Source: an uncultured delta proteobacterium (GTDB lineage Bacteria; Myxococcota_A; UBA9160; SZUA-336). Taken from it: a stretch of 64,000 nt of DNA. Shown here piece after piece: positions 18,655-32,200 of the stretch. The position numbers and the translations under genes were made by a program. The notes below the pieces were generated by a model that searched no databases, was not told the origin of the DNA, and worked only from the letters and a program-made list of their open reading frames with translations. Each line of letters begins with the position of its first letter. The stretch's first letter is position 1. The stretch lies in contig CAVPHD010000007.1 of the NCBI GenBank assembly GCA_963704165.1, positions 96,001-160,000 of the forward strand, read 5' to 3'.

Positions 18655-21600
18655 CGAAGTCGGGGCGGACGGCGCGATCCAGAGCTCGACCTTGCGCTCG
18701 CTTCCGTCGGTCGGGAATGAGACGAGCTCGTCGTCGCAGCGAGCGCCGTCGACGCGGAGCTCTCCCGCGCGCGACGGATCCACGCGGACCACGATCGCGA
18801 GCGATCCCGGACCCCGACGGACGACGGCTTCGAAGCCATCCCATGCGCTCGGGAGCCGAGGCCGCAGAGCGAGCCGCCCGCTCTCCAGACGTAGACCGAG
18901 GATCGCCTCGACCGCGAGCCGCCACGTCCAGGAGGCCGAGCCCGTGTACCAGGTCCAGCCCCCGCGGCCGAGATGCGGCGCGACCCCGCCGACGTCGCCG
19001 GCGAGCACGTACGGCTCTACGCGATAGCGCGCGAGATCGTCGCGAGTGGTCGCGTGACGGATCGGGTTCATCCGTTCGAAGAGTCGATGGGCGGTGTCGC
19101 CGTCGCCGGTCTCGGCGAACGCCCACGCGAGCCACGCGGCGGCGTGCGTGTACTGGCCGCCGTTCTCGCGAATTCCCGGGGGATACGCCTTGATGTAGCC
19201 GGGGTCCCGCGGCGTCGTGTCGAACGGCGGCCAGAGCAGCCTCACGAGATCGGGGTCGTCGCGAACGAGCTCTCGACGCGCGGATGCGAGCGCCTGGTGG
19301 CTTCGACCGTTCGTCCGCGCTCCGGAGAGGACGGACCACGATTGCGCGATCGAGTCGATCCGGCACTCGTCGTTCGCGTTCGATCCGAGCGGTCGGCCGT
19401 CGTCGTCGAACGCGCGAATCCACCACTCCCCGTCCCAGGCGACGCGTGTGATCGCGGCCTCGAGCACGTCGGCGCGCGCGCGCCAGCGGCCGGCGAGTGC
19501 GGCTTCTCCGCGGCGCTCGCAAAGTGAAGCGAACCCGTTCAGCGTCGCGAACGCGAACCAGCCCAGCCACACGCTTTCGCCCGAGCCGCGCGCTCCGAGC
19601 CGATCGAAGCCATCGTTCCAGTCGCCGGCGCCGATCAGGGGGAGGCCGTGTCGCCCGCTCGTCACGCCGCGCTCGAGCGCGCGCTCGCAGTGCTCGAACA
19701 TCGTTCCTGCGGTCTCCGTGCTCTCGAAGCGCGCGTAGCGGTCGTGCTCTTGCGGCGACAGTTCGGGCGCGCGCAGGAACGGGACTTCCTCGTCGAGAAC
19801 CGAGTCGTCACCGGTGGCCTGCACGTAACACGTCATTGCGTAGGGAAGCCAGAGCAGGTCGTCCGAGCATCGGGTCCGGATGCCGCGATCGGTCGGTGGA
19901 TGCCACCAGTGGAGCACGTCCCCGTCCTCGAACTGATGAGCGGCGCATGCGAGCAGGTGTGCACGTGCGCGCTCGGGCTCGGCGTGGAGCAGCGCGAGGA
20001 CGTCCTGAAGCTGGTCGCGGTAGCCGAACGCTCCGCTCGCCTGGTAGAAACCCGCGCGCGCCAGGATCCGCGACGCGAGGGACTGATACAGGAGCCAGCG
20101 GTTCGCCAGAAGATCGAGGGCCGCGTCCGGTGTTCGGACCTGCACCGCGCCGAGCAGGCGATCCCAGTGACGTGCGCGCTCGTCGTCCGCACGTTCGATG
20201 CGCGCCGGGTCTCGGAACTCGCGCACGAGCTCGAGCGCGTGGGCGCGGTCGCGACCCTGACCCAGGATGAACGAGACGGTGACCTCCGACTTCGGCGCGA
20301 GGTCGAGGTGAACCTGGTAGGCCGCGCCGGGATCGGCTCCCGCTTCCGTGCGGCCACTCAGTCCCCAGCGCCGTAGCGCGGCGGGATCGGAGAGATCGCC
20401 TTCCAGCCCGAGGAACTCGCGGCGATCGGCGGTCACGCCGTGCGGATCCAGCGTCGCCGAGAGGAATGCCACGCGCGCGCCGAAGTCGCCGTTCCACGGA
20501 TTGTGGGCGAGCAGGGCCGATCCATCCGGCTCCCAGGTGCAGACGACGTGGGAGCGGGCCTGGCTCGGCAGCGCACCGAGCAGCCACTCCGCCCAGTACG
20601 TCGCGGTGATCCGACGAGAACGCGACGAGAGGTTCTCGAGCCGGAGCCGCGCGATCTTCACCGGCGCATCCGGCGGAACGAATACGCGCAGCTCCTGCTC
20701 CAGCTCGTGCGAGATCCGCCGCCAGCTCGTCGTGCCGGCGCCGTGGCGGATCTCGCAGGACGTGGAGCCGCCCGCGGGATTCGGCGTCACGCTGAACACC
20801 TCTCGCGTCTGCTCGTCCCGCAAGAGCACGGCTTCGCTGGGTGGATCCGCGACGGGATCGTTCGACCACGGCGTCAGACGGTTCTCGCCGCTGTTCTCGC
20901 TCCACGTGAAGCCGCCGCCGGACTCCGTCACGAGACACCCGAACGCATCGTTCGCGAGGACGTTCGCCCACGGTGCCGGTGTCCGGGCTCCGTCCGCGAG
21001 GTGAATCACGTACTCGCGCCCGTCCGGCGTGAAGCCACCGAGTCCGTTGTCGAAGAGGAGTCCCACGGGCCGCTCGAGCTCGCGCCGTGCCGACGGGTCG
21101 GGTGCCGGCAACGGGTGCGGCGCGACGAAGAGCGGCGGATCCGACGGCGGCACGGGCGCCCTGGAGAGCTGCTCGGCGAGCGACCCGCGTGTGTCGTCGA
21201 GCACGACCTGGGCGCAGCACTCCAGGAGCCGCAGCTCCTCCTCGCTCACTTGATCGGCGAAGACGATGTGGACGCCGCCGCGTTGACCGAGATCGCCCGC
21301 GACGCCGGCCGCGGTGAGCATCGCGAACAACTCCTCACGCAGCGTCTCGACGTACCCCGACACGCCGCGCTTCAGGACGACCAGGTCGATCGCGAGACCG
21401 CGCTTGCGCCAGTACGCGTGCGCACGAACGAGCTCTGCGAGCAGCTCCGCTCCGGCAGAGTCGCTCGTCCCCAGCAGGAGAATCGGGTGATCGCCCGAAA
21501 TCCCGAGACGCCAGAGCGACGACTGGCCCAGCTCGTTTGCGACGCGCCGGGCGGGCGAGGCACCGAGCGTCGCGGCCCGGGCGATCAGGAGCGAACCGAG

Positions 21601-24600
21601 CGCCTGAAGCCGTGACAGCTCTTCGTGGGGAAGCGCGAGCTGTTGCAGCTCGCGCGCGACATCTCCCGCAGCGTCGGCGATCGCCCACTCGAGTGCCGAG
21701 AGAGTCTCGTAGCGTCCGGCGGCCTCGAGAACGGTCTCGCGTGATCCACCCGCGAAGGTGAGAAACGCCATCTCGCAGCGTTCGTAGGGATCGAGGGAAA
21801 CGCGAAGCTGCAGCGCCACCGCGGGATCCAGCGTGAATCCCGTCGTGCCCGACAGCCCATCGGACACCCCGCGTGGGTGCTGGAGCGTTCCGCCTCGACC
21901 GAGGAACGCCTCACGGTCCGCGTCGTGCCCGGAGCACACCGAGCGCGGATCTCCGCAGATCACGCGGTGCAGCAGGCTCGGCGCCTTCTCGAGCGGGCTC
22001 CGCGCCCTGCGTGTGAGGAGGATTCCATTCAATCCGGGAATCCACTCGGCGCCGACGAAGAGCTTGCTGTAGGCGGGATGTCGTTCGTCCTCGAGCGGCG
22101 GCGCGAGCGCGATCTCTGCATAGCTCGTGACCGTGAGCTCCCGCCGCACGCCGCTCTCGTTCGTGAGCGTCAGTCGGCGGATCTCGAGATCGTCTCCGCT
22201 CACGACGGCGACGTCGAGATGGCTCGCGATTCCCGCCTCGCGTCGATGGAGCTCGGCGAGGTGCGCGTGGAAGACGACGCGCGCGTCGTCCGCACCGCGG
22301 CCGGTCGGCTGTCGGCCGGCCGACCAGATCTCGCCGCTCGCGCCGTCGCGCAGGTAGATCCAGAGCCCGCAGTCGTCGCGCGTCGAATCGGGTCGCCAGC
22401 GCGTCAGCGCGAATTCGTTCCAGCGCAGCCCGCCTGCACCCGCCGCCGAGATCCACGATGAAAGCCGGCCATTGCCGAGCGTCAGAATGCGCGGCGCACC
22501 CGAGACCCCCGCGGGTGTCCACGGGCCGGGGATGACCCATGTCGAATCGCGCACGACGGCTCCGCTCTTGCGCTCGTCGCGGACGAAGGCCGGAGGCAGC
22601 TCGCGCGGAATCCGCTCGTGCAGAAGCAGCTCGGCGGAGCGCATGCGCAGGTCGGTGTGGAAGCGGCGCACGAGCACGTCGCCGTGAAGCGCGTTGTCGA
22701 GCGCGGCGAGGATCATTCCCTGGTGGTGCGCCATGTAGGCGCGCACGGGTTCGAAGCGGCGCCCGGGCCGCATGCGTTCCGGCGTGAAGTCGGCCGCTTC
22801 GAGCAACCCGAACATCCCGGAGAGCGACATCGACTCCAGCGCCCGCAGGTTCTCGACGGCGGCGCGTTTCCGGATCGGGAGCGCGAGCGCCGACGCGTAA
22901 GGCGAGACGACCCGGTCGCGAGCGAGGCCGCGGCGCAGGCCGAGTCCGGGCACACCGAAGCTCTGGTATCGGTAGTTGCCGCCGGGATCGAACGAGCTGA
23001 AGGCGGACTCGGAGATCCCCCAGGGAATTCCGAGCTGCCGCGCCCAGTCGCGCTGGGTGTCGATCACGGCTCGCTCGCTCTGCGCGAGCAACGTTCCGGG
23101 TTGCGAGCGCAGGAAGAGCGGCGGCATCAGGTACTCGAACATCGAGCCACCCCACGAGACCAACGCGAGCCCGCCCGCGGACCGCGCGATCGGCCGACCG
23201 AGGTGGAACCAGTGCTCGATCGGGGCGTCGCCTTTCGCGATCGCAAAGAAACTCGCGAGCCGCGATTCGCTCGCGAGCAGATCGTAGTGATTCGCGTCGA
23301 ACCGGTCCGCGCTCGCGTTGTACCCGATCCGAAATCGGCGAGCTTCGTCGTCGTAGAGGAACCGGAAATCCATCTCCCAGGCGAGCTCTTCCGACCGGCG
23401 TCCGATCTCGTCGAGTGATTCCCGCAGCGCCTCTGCCTCGGCGCTGCCTCGCTCGAGCGCGCGGCGCATCCGCAGGTCCCACTCGCATCCGGCCTCGTTC
23501 AGCTCGGGTGCAGCTCCCACCGGCGGGAGCAGTTCGCGCGCGCGCGTGCACTGCACGGCGGCCCTCTGCAGGGACAGGGTCGAGGGGAGCTCGCGCAGCA
23601 GCGAGGCCGCGAGCTCCGCTCGCTCGGGGGGAGGCGCGTCGAGAAGTGGCAGCCACGGCGCGAGCTCGTCGAGATCGCGCTGCATTCCGCGCAGATGGTG
23701 ATGCGCGCGCTCCAGCCACGTGCGCAGACTTCGCACCGCATCGGCCGGGAGCGGAGCGAGATCGAGTGCCCGTGCGAACGCGCGATCGAGCTCGGCTCTC
23801 TCGCCCTGACAGAGCCGTCCGAGCACCTGCGCGTGCTGAGCCGGGTCTCGATGCGCCGTCGCTGCGAGCTCGGACATGGCGCGCACCCGAACTCGGAGCT
23901 CGCTGCTCGCCGCGTCGGACATCCCCTCGATCGCGTCGCCGAGCAGCGAGAGCACGTCGCGCAGCCCCGACCAGGCGTGCGGGCGGAGTGCCGGACCGGA
24001 CGTGAGCTCCTGCGTGCCTTCCTTCAGCGTCACCAGCGAGACGGCGAGATTTCCGCTGTCGACCGCCGACACGTAGCGTGGCTCGAGCGGCGCGAGGGAC
24101 TGCGTGTCGTACCAGTTCAGGAAGTGTCCGCGGTGGCGCTGCAGACGCGCGAGCGTGTCGAGGCTGTTGCGCAGACGCTCCGAGAGCTCGTGCAGGCCGA
24201 GATAGCCGAAGTCCGTCGCCGCGAGCGTCGAGACCAGCGCCATTCCGATGTTGGTCGGCGACGTGCGACGCGCGAGCACGCGGTGGGGATGCTCTTGCAG
24301 GTTGTCCGGAGGAAGCCAGTGGTCCTCCGGCCCGACGAACATCTCGAAGTAGAGCCAGGTCCGGCGCGCGAGGCGGCGCAGGTACTGTTCGTGATGCCGA
24401 CCGATCGCCTGCGCTCCGAATTCGCGCGGACGTCCGATCGCGAGCGCGACCTCGGGCGCGAGCAGCCAGAGCAGCAGAACGCCCGCCGCCGCGGGCAGGG
24501 CCTCGGGTCGAATCAGGGCGATCGCCGTCGCAGCCGTTATTGCCGCCGCCGGAGCCGGAGCGAGACTTCGCCAGACGGCGAGACGCGAGCTCTGCCGCTC

Positions 24601-27123
24601 GATCGATGCGTCCACCGCGGCCGCCGCGGTCCACTGCAGAAGGTGCTTGCGGCTGACGGTCAGGCGCCAGAGCGTGCGGGCGATCGCGTCGACCGCGACC
24701 CGCGCGTCGTTCACCAGGAAGGTCGTGACGAGGAACCAGTGGCCCGAGTGGTCGGCGGCAGAGTGGAACGCTCCGCGCACCGCACCGCGGCGGCGCCCTC
24801 GGGCGAGACCCGTGACGAGGTTCAGAAAGAGGTGGGCCGAGGGCGCGAGCACGCCGAGCGCCGTCCACGCCCAGGGACTTCCCGGCAGGAACAGCCAGCC
24901 CGCGACGAACAACGCGACAATTGCGGGAGGGAGCAGGCTGCGCCGGAGGTTGTCGAAGATCTTCCATCGGTCCAGGAGTGACAGCCGGTTCGCGAGTCGC
25001 GTGCCGCCCGGACCGGGTGCATGACGGCCGAGCCAGGGAAGCAGCTGCCAATCACCGCGCATCCAGCGGTGCGAGCGTCGGGCGAAGGACTCGTACCGAC
25101 TCGGGAAGCCCTCGTAGAGCACGATGTCGCTCGCGAGCGCCGGCCCGGCCGTGGATGCCCTCGAAGAGGTCGTGACTCGCGCAGCGCGTTCTCGGGCACG
25201 CGGCCGGCGAGGCTCCGTCGGAAGCTCGCGACGTCGTAGATGCCCTTGCCGACGTAGATCCCCGACCCGAAGAGATCCTGGTACACGTCGGAGACGGCGC
25301 GCGTGTAGATGTCGATGGCGGTGTCGCCCGCGATAGAGCCGGGAGAACGGAGCGATTCGCCGCGCATCGGGCGACGATCTCGACGCGCGGTTGGATCACC
25401 GTGTAGCCCGCGCGCCACGCGGCCGGTCTTCGCGTCGAAGCGCGCTCGGTTCAAGGGGTGGGCGAGGGTCCCGACGAGACGCTGCGGCGGTTCCCGGCGG
25501 AAGTCGCGTGTCGGCATCGAGGGTGATGACGAAGCGAACACCTTCCAGGCGGCTGCGGATCACCTTCGTGCACCGAGAATGCGGCGCCCGATCCTCCCGC
25601 GAGCAGATCGTTCAGCTCTTCGAGCTTTCCACGCTTGCGCTCCCAGGCCATCCAGCAGTTCTCGCGGGGATTGAACCTCCGCGGTCGGTGGAGCAGGTGA
25701 AACGGCCCGCAGCCCTTCGCGCCCGTATCGCGTGTTCAAGCTGCCGATCCCGCTTCGAAGCGCCGCCAGGATCGCCGCGTCGTTCGGCATCTGCTCCGAC
25801 GGCGCATCGACCCCGTCGGTGAGCAGCGCGAACTCGAGGGACGGATCGCTGTTGGCCAGGTAGTGCGTTTCGAGCTTCTCCAGCAGCACCGGCACGTCGC
25901 GCTCGTCCGCAACGAGCGCCGGCACCGCGACGACGCTGCGGCAGTCGTCGGCGATGCCCTTGCGGAAATCGAGCTTCGGAAGCGCGGTGGGTCCGATCCA
26001 CAGCGTGATCGCCCAGTGAACGAGCGCGAAGCTGACGACCGACGAGGGCAGGAGCGCGACGGTGATGCCACCGACCAGTGTCAGCGCGTCCGCGTCTCCG
26101 ACGGAGCAGAAGAAGCGCCGGCACGATGACCGCGATGCTCGTCGCGAGCAGAAGCGCGGTCGCGTAGAGCGCGCCGGCCCGGGCGCGAAGCATCGATTTC
26201 GCGCGCGCACTCGGACCGGGGCGACAGTCCAGCAAGCGCGCGAACTCGGGCGCACCGCTGCCGACGAGCCAATGCCCGACGTGATCGAGATCCTCGTCGC
26301 GGTCTTGCTGGCTCCGGGCGTGCTCGACGACTCGCTGCGCAACCTGCGCCTCCGGGCACCTCGCTTGCTCCGCGAGCCTCTCGACCACCCGCCGGTACCG
26401 ATCGCGCGTCTCGAAGTCCATCCGCGCGTACACGCCCGGCGGGTCGCTCGCGAGCAGCGCCTCGACGCGGCTGACGTTCTGGAAGAAGTCCTCCCAGGAG
26501 ATCGAGTCGATCACACCGAGGTTGGCGATCGCGCGCGCGACGCAGTCGGTGTCGTCGAGGCCGGCCGGGGCGAGCGGGCAGGGCGATTCGGGAACCGGCG
26601 CTTCGAGGTCGGGCGCGAGCCGCGCGAGGGCCGTCACGAGCAGCTCGAGACACGCGATTCGGAGCAGTGCGGGAAACGCCCAGAGCTCCGCGATCGTGAG
26701 TGCTTCGCCCTCGCTTTGATAGGCGTTCGCGAAGCGCTCGGCTCCCTCGAGCGAGAGCTGGAGGCGTGTCGCTTGCAGCAACCCCTGCGCGACGGAGAAG
26801 ACTCGCGGGAGCCCGGCATCGACACCGCCGACGAGGCGAGGCAAGCGCCTGTAGAAACCGTCCGGCAGGTCGCCCCTGACTTGGCGCACGGCTCGCTCGA
26901 CCAGGTAGTCGTTGTCGAGCAACCAATTGGCGGCCTTGGCGAGAGCGGGCTCGGGGTCCTGGAGATGCCGGCTCGCGCGTTCGAGCCAGAGCGGCAGCTT
27001 CCAGAGGCTCTCGCGCAGTGGGATGTCGCGCGGGCTTCGAAGTTCGATCTGATGTCGCTCCCGAAGATCGCCCGCTGCCGACTCGAGCGAAGGTGTTCGC
27101 GGCTCCCGCGCGCTGGGACTCAC
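18640..27123 (-). CDS. Cyclic beta-1,2-glucan synthase (Cgs/NdvB/ChvB-like), frameshifted several times between ~25130 and ~26110
   Basis: GTG 27123 overlaps the USP stop. Fragments in different frames give [40 protein letters not shown] (GT domain), [30 protein letters not shown] and a GH94 C-terminus ([25 protein letters not shown]). About 2800 aa in total. Confidence 0.9.
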
Positions 27124-28136
27124 AGTGCCGTGAGCTGGGGAAGTCGCCCGGGGGCAGGCGACGGGCGGGGCCCCTCGACCCGACGCGTCGCCTTCGCCGG
27201 CCGCGCGCGAACGATCAGGAGCGGTACCGTCGAGCGGGCGATCAGCTCGGCCGTGGCACTGCCGCACGGCGTGTCGCGTTGCGGCTGCTGCCCGTGCGCC
27301 GCCATCACGATCAGATCCACCTGCTCCACCTGCGCGAGCGACGCGAGTCGGGTGGCTACGTCGCCGCTCTGGAGCAGCAGTGCGCGCAGCCGGATCCCGT
27401 CCGCCGAGAGCCACGCTCGGAGTCGATCGAGGTAGACGCTCGCGACGCGCTCGTTGCGCCGCCGGAACCGATTCACGAGCTCGACATCCTCGGCGTCGAG
27501 CGGGCCGGTTCGAGTCAGCTCGGGGACGGGCACGACGTGGGCGAGGATCAGCTCCGCGCCGTGGGCTTCCGCGAGCTGCTCCGCGATCGGCAGCGCGGTC
27601 TCGGCCTGCGGGGAGCCGTCGAGGGGGACCAGCAGGCAGCGATACCGCACGGTCGCGGTCGCGGGCGCCGACGTCGCCGGAACGATCAAGAGCGATCCGG
27701 GTGCGCGGTCCAGCAGCTTGCGTGCGGTGCTCGCGAGCGCCCAGGGAGACGGGCCGCCTTCGCCATGCGTCGTGGCCACGGTGAGGTCGACGCCGCGATC
27801 CGCTCCCCAGCGACAGATCTCCTCTGCGGCCCTTCCTTCGATCAGCTCGGATTCGATCGCGGTCGATTCGACACTGAACTGTGTGGCCAGCTGAGTCACG
27901 TAATTCCGCGCTTCGCGGCGCGCGAATTCCCACTCGACCGCGTCCGCGGGTGCCGGGTCTCCGAACGGGCGCTCGAGTACCCGAAGCAGCGTCAGGGTCG
28001 CGCCCATGACTCGGGCAATCGCGACGGCGTGCGGGATGGCGCGCTCCCCGAGGTTCGAGCCGTCGAGGCAGGCGACGACCTGTCGCAGCGGTGCGACCTT
28101 CCTCCTGGCGCGATACTCAGGTGCGGTTTCTGTCAC
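27120..28136 (-). CDS. Universal stress protein with two USP domains
   Basis: VACLDGS and LVPLDGS starts, ATTHG and LIVMAAHG..GS motifs; GTG 28136 behind GGAGG. Confidence 0.9.
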   Translation of the reverse strand: MTETAPEYRARRKVAPLRQVVACLDGSNLGERAIPHAVAIARVMGATLTLLRVLERPFGDPAPADAVEWEFARREARNYVTQLATQFSVESTAIESELIEGRAAEEICRWGADRGVDLTVATTHGEGGPSPWALASTARKLLDRAPGSLLIVPATSAPATATVRYRCLLVPLDGSPQAETALPIAEQLAEAHGAELILAHVVPVPELTRTGPLDAEDVELVNRFRRRNERVASVYLDRLRAWLSADGIRLRALLLQSGDVATRLASLAQVEQVDLIVMAAHGQQPQRDTPCGSATAELIARSTVPLLIVRARPAKATRRVEGPRPSPAPGRLPQLTAL

Positions 28137-28199
28137 GAGCGGCCTCCAGAGAAGGGGAATCAGCAACCGCCGTGCCGATGCTCAGAAGCAGCCTACGAA

Positions 28200-28208
28200 A
28201 CTATACCA
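28200..28208 (-). promoter_or_regulatory. Extended -10 element for the usp-cgs operon
   Basis: TGGTATAGT (TGn-TATAGT) on the minus strand ~65 nt upstream of the USP start. Confidence 0.45.
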
Positions 28209-28397
28209 CGTCGTCGCTTCAGCGGGGCTCGCTGCGAGAGAGGAATTCCGCCGCCATCCGTTCGGCGTTGGCGAGCCTCGACGCGCGGCGGGCGTCGATG
28301 AATCAGCGAAACCGAACGGGCTCTACGTCCAGTGCGACCGCAGCACGGGGAGCGCGTATCCTGTCGTCGATTCCCGAGTTCTGGCGGAGGACGTTGA

Positions 28398-29222
28398 ATG
28401 AAGCTCTGGCGTGTCGAGAGAGCGCCGGACGGCGTGGTCGTCGCGACGTACGTGAATCCGTCCATGAACTATTTCTGCGCCGAGGGAACGCAGGAGCTCG
28501 GTGCTCTCGTCCGGCTCTGGGCCGATCCCTCGGTGCGCGCGGTGGTGCTCACGGGCGGCATCGAGGGCAAGTTCATCACGCACTACAGCGTCGAAGAGCT
28601 GGCCCAGCTCGCAGCGGACCGGCCGGCGATGAAGTTGATCGGCCGGAGTCTGAACCACGGCTACCACGAGCTGTTGACGTCACTCCGAAATCTGTCCAAG
28701 CCCGTGATCGCTGCGATGAACGGCGACACGATGGGCGGCGGGTTCGAGCTCTCGCTCGCCTGCGACATCCGCATCGCCGCCGCGGGGGATCACCGCATCG
28801 GCCTGCCCGAAGTCACACTCGGCATCCTCCCGGGTGGAAGCGGAACGCAGCGGCTCTCGCGCATGCTCGGAGCGGGACGCGCGATCGACTTCATTCTGCG
28901 TGGGCGCATCTGCCGGCCCGAGGAGGCGCTCGCGTTCGGGCTCGTCCACGAAGTCACCACGGATGCTCTCGCGCGCGCGAAGGCACTCGCGTCCGATCTC
29001 GCCGAGCTCTCGCCGGTCGCGATCGCCGAGATCAAGCGCGCCGTGTACGAGGGATCGGAGCTGCACCTCGAAGCGGGGCTCGTCGTAGAGGCCGACGCGT
29101 TCATGGCGACGATGGCATCGGACGAGGGCCTCGAGGCGATGAGGGCCTACGTCGCGCTGCCGCTCGAAGAGCGCCGTGACTGGCTCGAGCGGCGCAAGGC
29201 GCTCGCTCACCCGCGGCGCTGA
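28398..29222 (+). CDS. Enoyl-CoA hydratase/isomerase family protein
   Basis: KPVIAAMNGDTMGGGFELSLACDIR and GLPEVTLGILPGGSGTQRL motifs; atypical FITHYSV segment. Confidence 0.92.
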   Translation: MKLWRVERAPDGVVVATYVNPSMNYFCAEGTQELGALVRLWADPSVRAVVLTGGIEGKFITHYSVEELAQLAADRPAMKLIGRSLNHGYHELLTSLRNLSKPVIAAMNGDTMGGGFELSLACDIRIAAAGDHRIGLPEVTLGILPGGSGTQRLSRMLGAGRAIDFILRGRICRPEEALAFGLVHEVTTDALARAKALASDLAELSPVAIAEIKRAVYEGSELHLEAGLVVEADAFMATMASDEGLEAMRAYVALPLEERRDWLERRKALAHPRR

Positions 29223-29235
29223 TCTCGAGCCACGC

Positions 29236-32200
29236 TCACCAGGTGTCGACGCAGGGGCGCTTCTTCCCCGTCGCGGACCGGCGGCGGCGGCGCCGAGCGC
29301 AGCGCGCGCGTGATCCAGGTTCGCGACTCCGCAGGGTCGATCACGTCGTCGATCTCGAAGTGGGACGCCGTCGTTGACGGCCTTGCCGTGCTCGTACATG
29401 CGCTCGACCATCTCGTCGTAGAGCGCCTTGCGCTCGGCCGGATCCTCGATCGCCGCGAGCTCGTTGCGGAAGCCGAGCTTCACCGCGCCCTCGAGGCCCA
29501 TGCCGCCGAACTCGCCCGTCGGCCAGGCCACGGTGAAGAGCGGCGCCTTGAAGCTGCCGCCGGCCATCGCCTGCGCGCCGAGGCCGTAGCCCTTGCGCAG
29601 CACGATCGTGAAGAACGGCACCGTCAGGCTCGCCCCGGTCACGAACATGCGCGCGGCGTGGCGCACGAGCGCGGTCTTCTCGGCCTCGGGCCCGACCATG
29701 ATGCCGGGCGTGTCGCAGAGCGAGGAGCAGCGGGAGGTCGAAGGCGTCGCAGAGCTGCATGAAGCGCGCCGCCTTGTCGGCGCCGTCGCTGTCGATCGCC
29801 CCGGCGAGGTGGACCGGGTTGTTGGCGATCACGCCGATCGGGCGGCCCTCGATGCGCGCGAGCGCGGTGACCATGCCGGCGCCGAAGTCGCGGCGGAGCT
29901 CGAGCACCGAATCCGGTGTCGGCGAGCGTCTCGATCACGCGCGCGCACGTCGTAGACCCGCAGGCGGTTCTCGGGGATCGATCGCGCGCAGCGCGCGCTG
30001 GTCGGCGCAGTCCCACGCCGCGCAGCGCGCCCTGGAAGTACGACAGGTACTTCCGCGCGACCTGCACGGCCTCGGCCTCGTCCGCGCACCGCGACGTCGA
30101 CCACGCCGTTGGGCACCTGCACGTCGAGCGGACCGACCTCTTCGGGGCGGAAGACGCCGAGGCCGCCGCCCTCGATCATCGCCGGGCCCGCCCATGCCGA
30201 TGTTCGAGCCCTGCGTCGCGATGACGACGTCGCAGCAGCCGAGCAGCGCGGCGTTGCCGGCGAAGCAGCGGCCCGAGGTGATGCCGACCAGCGGCACCAG
30301 GCCCGAGAGCCCGCCGAAGTAGTGGAACGCCATGCAGTCGAGACCCGGCGACGCCGAGGCCGTCGGTGTCGCCGGGCCGACCGCCGCCGCCTTCGGCGAA
30401 GAACACGACCGGCAGCCGCCACTGCTCGGCGAGCTCGAACATGCGGTCCTTCTTGCGGTGGTTCTGCGCGCCCTGCGTGCCGGCGAGCACCGTGTAGTCG
30501 TAGGACATCACGACGCAGCGCGCGGCGGCTTCGCCGAAGTGTTCGCCGTTCACGCGCGCCGATGCCCGCGATCATGCCGTCGGCCGGCGTGCGCTCGATC
30601 AGGTCCTCGAGCGAGCGCCGGCGGCGCTGCGCGGCGATCACGAGCGGTCCGTACTCGACGAAGGTGCCCGGGTCGCAGAGGTCCGCGACGTTCTCGCGCG
30701 CCGTGCGCTGGCCGGTCTTGCGCGCCGGCGCTCGACCGCGTCGGGCCGGGCGTCGTCGCGGCCGATCGCGTGGCGCTCGAGCACCTCGTCGAGGTCCGGC
30801 CGGATGCGGTCGAGGTCGATCGGCTCGACCGCGCTCGGTCGGCGCGTCGCGCGACCTCCGCGGCCTCGATCGACGAGCAGAGCGTGGCCCTCGAAGACCG
30901 CGTCGCCCGCGCGCGACCGCGAGCGCGTCGCACGACGCCGCTCGGTCTCGGCGACGATCACGTGCTCCATCTTCATCGCTTCCATCACGAGCAGGCGGCG
31001 TGCCCGGTCGGACCGCGTCGCCCTCGCGGACATCGACGCGAGACGATCGTGCCCTGCACCGGGCGCGACACGGCGACGAGCCCGTCGCGGCACCGCGGCG
31101 GCATCGGCTGCGGACCTGCTTCGCGTCGGCTCGCGCTCTGCCGTAGTCGAGCACGGCGAGCGGATCGCGCGCATCGACGCGCGCGCCCGCGAGCGCCGGA
31201 CGGCGAGCCGGCAGTCGGGCGACGAGTCGAAGAAGCGCCGCCGCTCCGAGCGACCCTGGCCAGCGATCAGCTCGACGACGTGCTCGTCGACGAAGCGCGT
31301 GTGGATCCGGCCCGAGGCGACCTCCGGGTGCTCGACAGCAGGCTCTGCAGGAACGGCAGGTTCGTCGCGACGCCGTCGATCCGGAACTCGCCGAGCGCGC
31401 GGTACGGCTCGCGAGACGACGTCGGCGAGATCGCGCCGAGGGCGAGTGCACGATCAGCTTGGCGAGCAGCGAGTCGAAGCGCGGGCTGGTCGTGTAGCCC
31501 GCGTAGCCGAAGGTGTCGACGCGCAGCCGCGGTCCCGACGGCGGCTCGAAGGCGGTGAGCGTGCCGCCGCGACGGCACGGCGTTCCCGTCGTCGCTCATC
31601 GTCTCCATGTTGATCCGCGCCTGGACCGCGAAACCGCGCGGCGCGGGTCGCGGACGCGCGCTCGAGCCCGAGCTCGGCGAGCGTGCGCCCCGCGGCGAGT
31701 CGCGAGCTGCGCGTGGACCAGGTCGACACCGGTGACCTCCTCGGTGACGGTGTGCTCGACCTGGAGCCGCGGGTTCGCCTCGATGAAGGCGAATCCGATT
31801 CGCCACCGTGCGGCTCCGGCGACGAGGAACTCGAACGTCCCGAGGCTGTCGAATCGCGCGGCCTTCGCCGAGTCTCGAGGCCGCGTCGAGGAGTCGCACG
31901 CGGAGCTCCTCGCCGAGGCCGGGGCCGGCGCGATCTCGACGAGCTTCTGGTGCCGACGCTGCAGGCTGCACTCGCGCTCGCAGAGGTGGACGACGGCGCC
32001 CGATCCGTCGCCGACGATCTGCACCTCGATGTGGCGCGCGCGCGGCAGCAACGCTCGACGTAGAGCTCGTCGTTTCCGAACGCGCTCCGCGCCTCGGAGC
32101 GGCAGCGCGCGTATGCAGCGTCGAGCTCCTCCGCGTTCGTTGACGGCACGCATGCCGCGACCGCCGCCGCCGGCGATCGCCTTGATCATCACCGTCGCCG

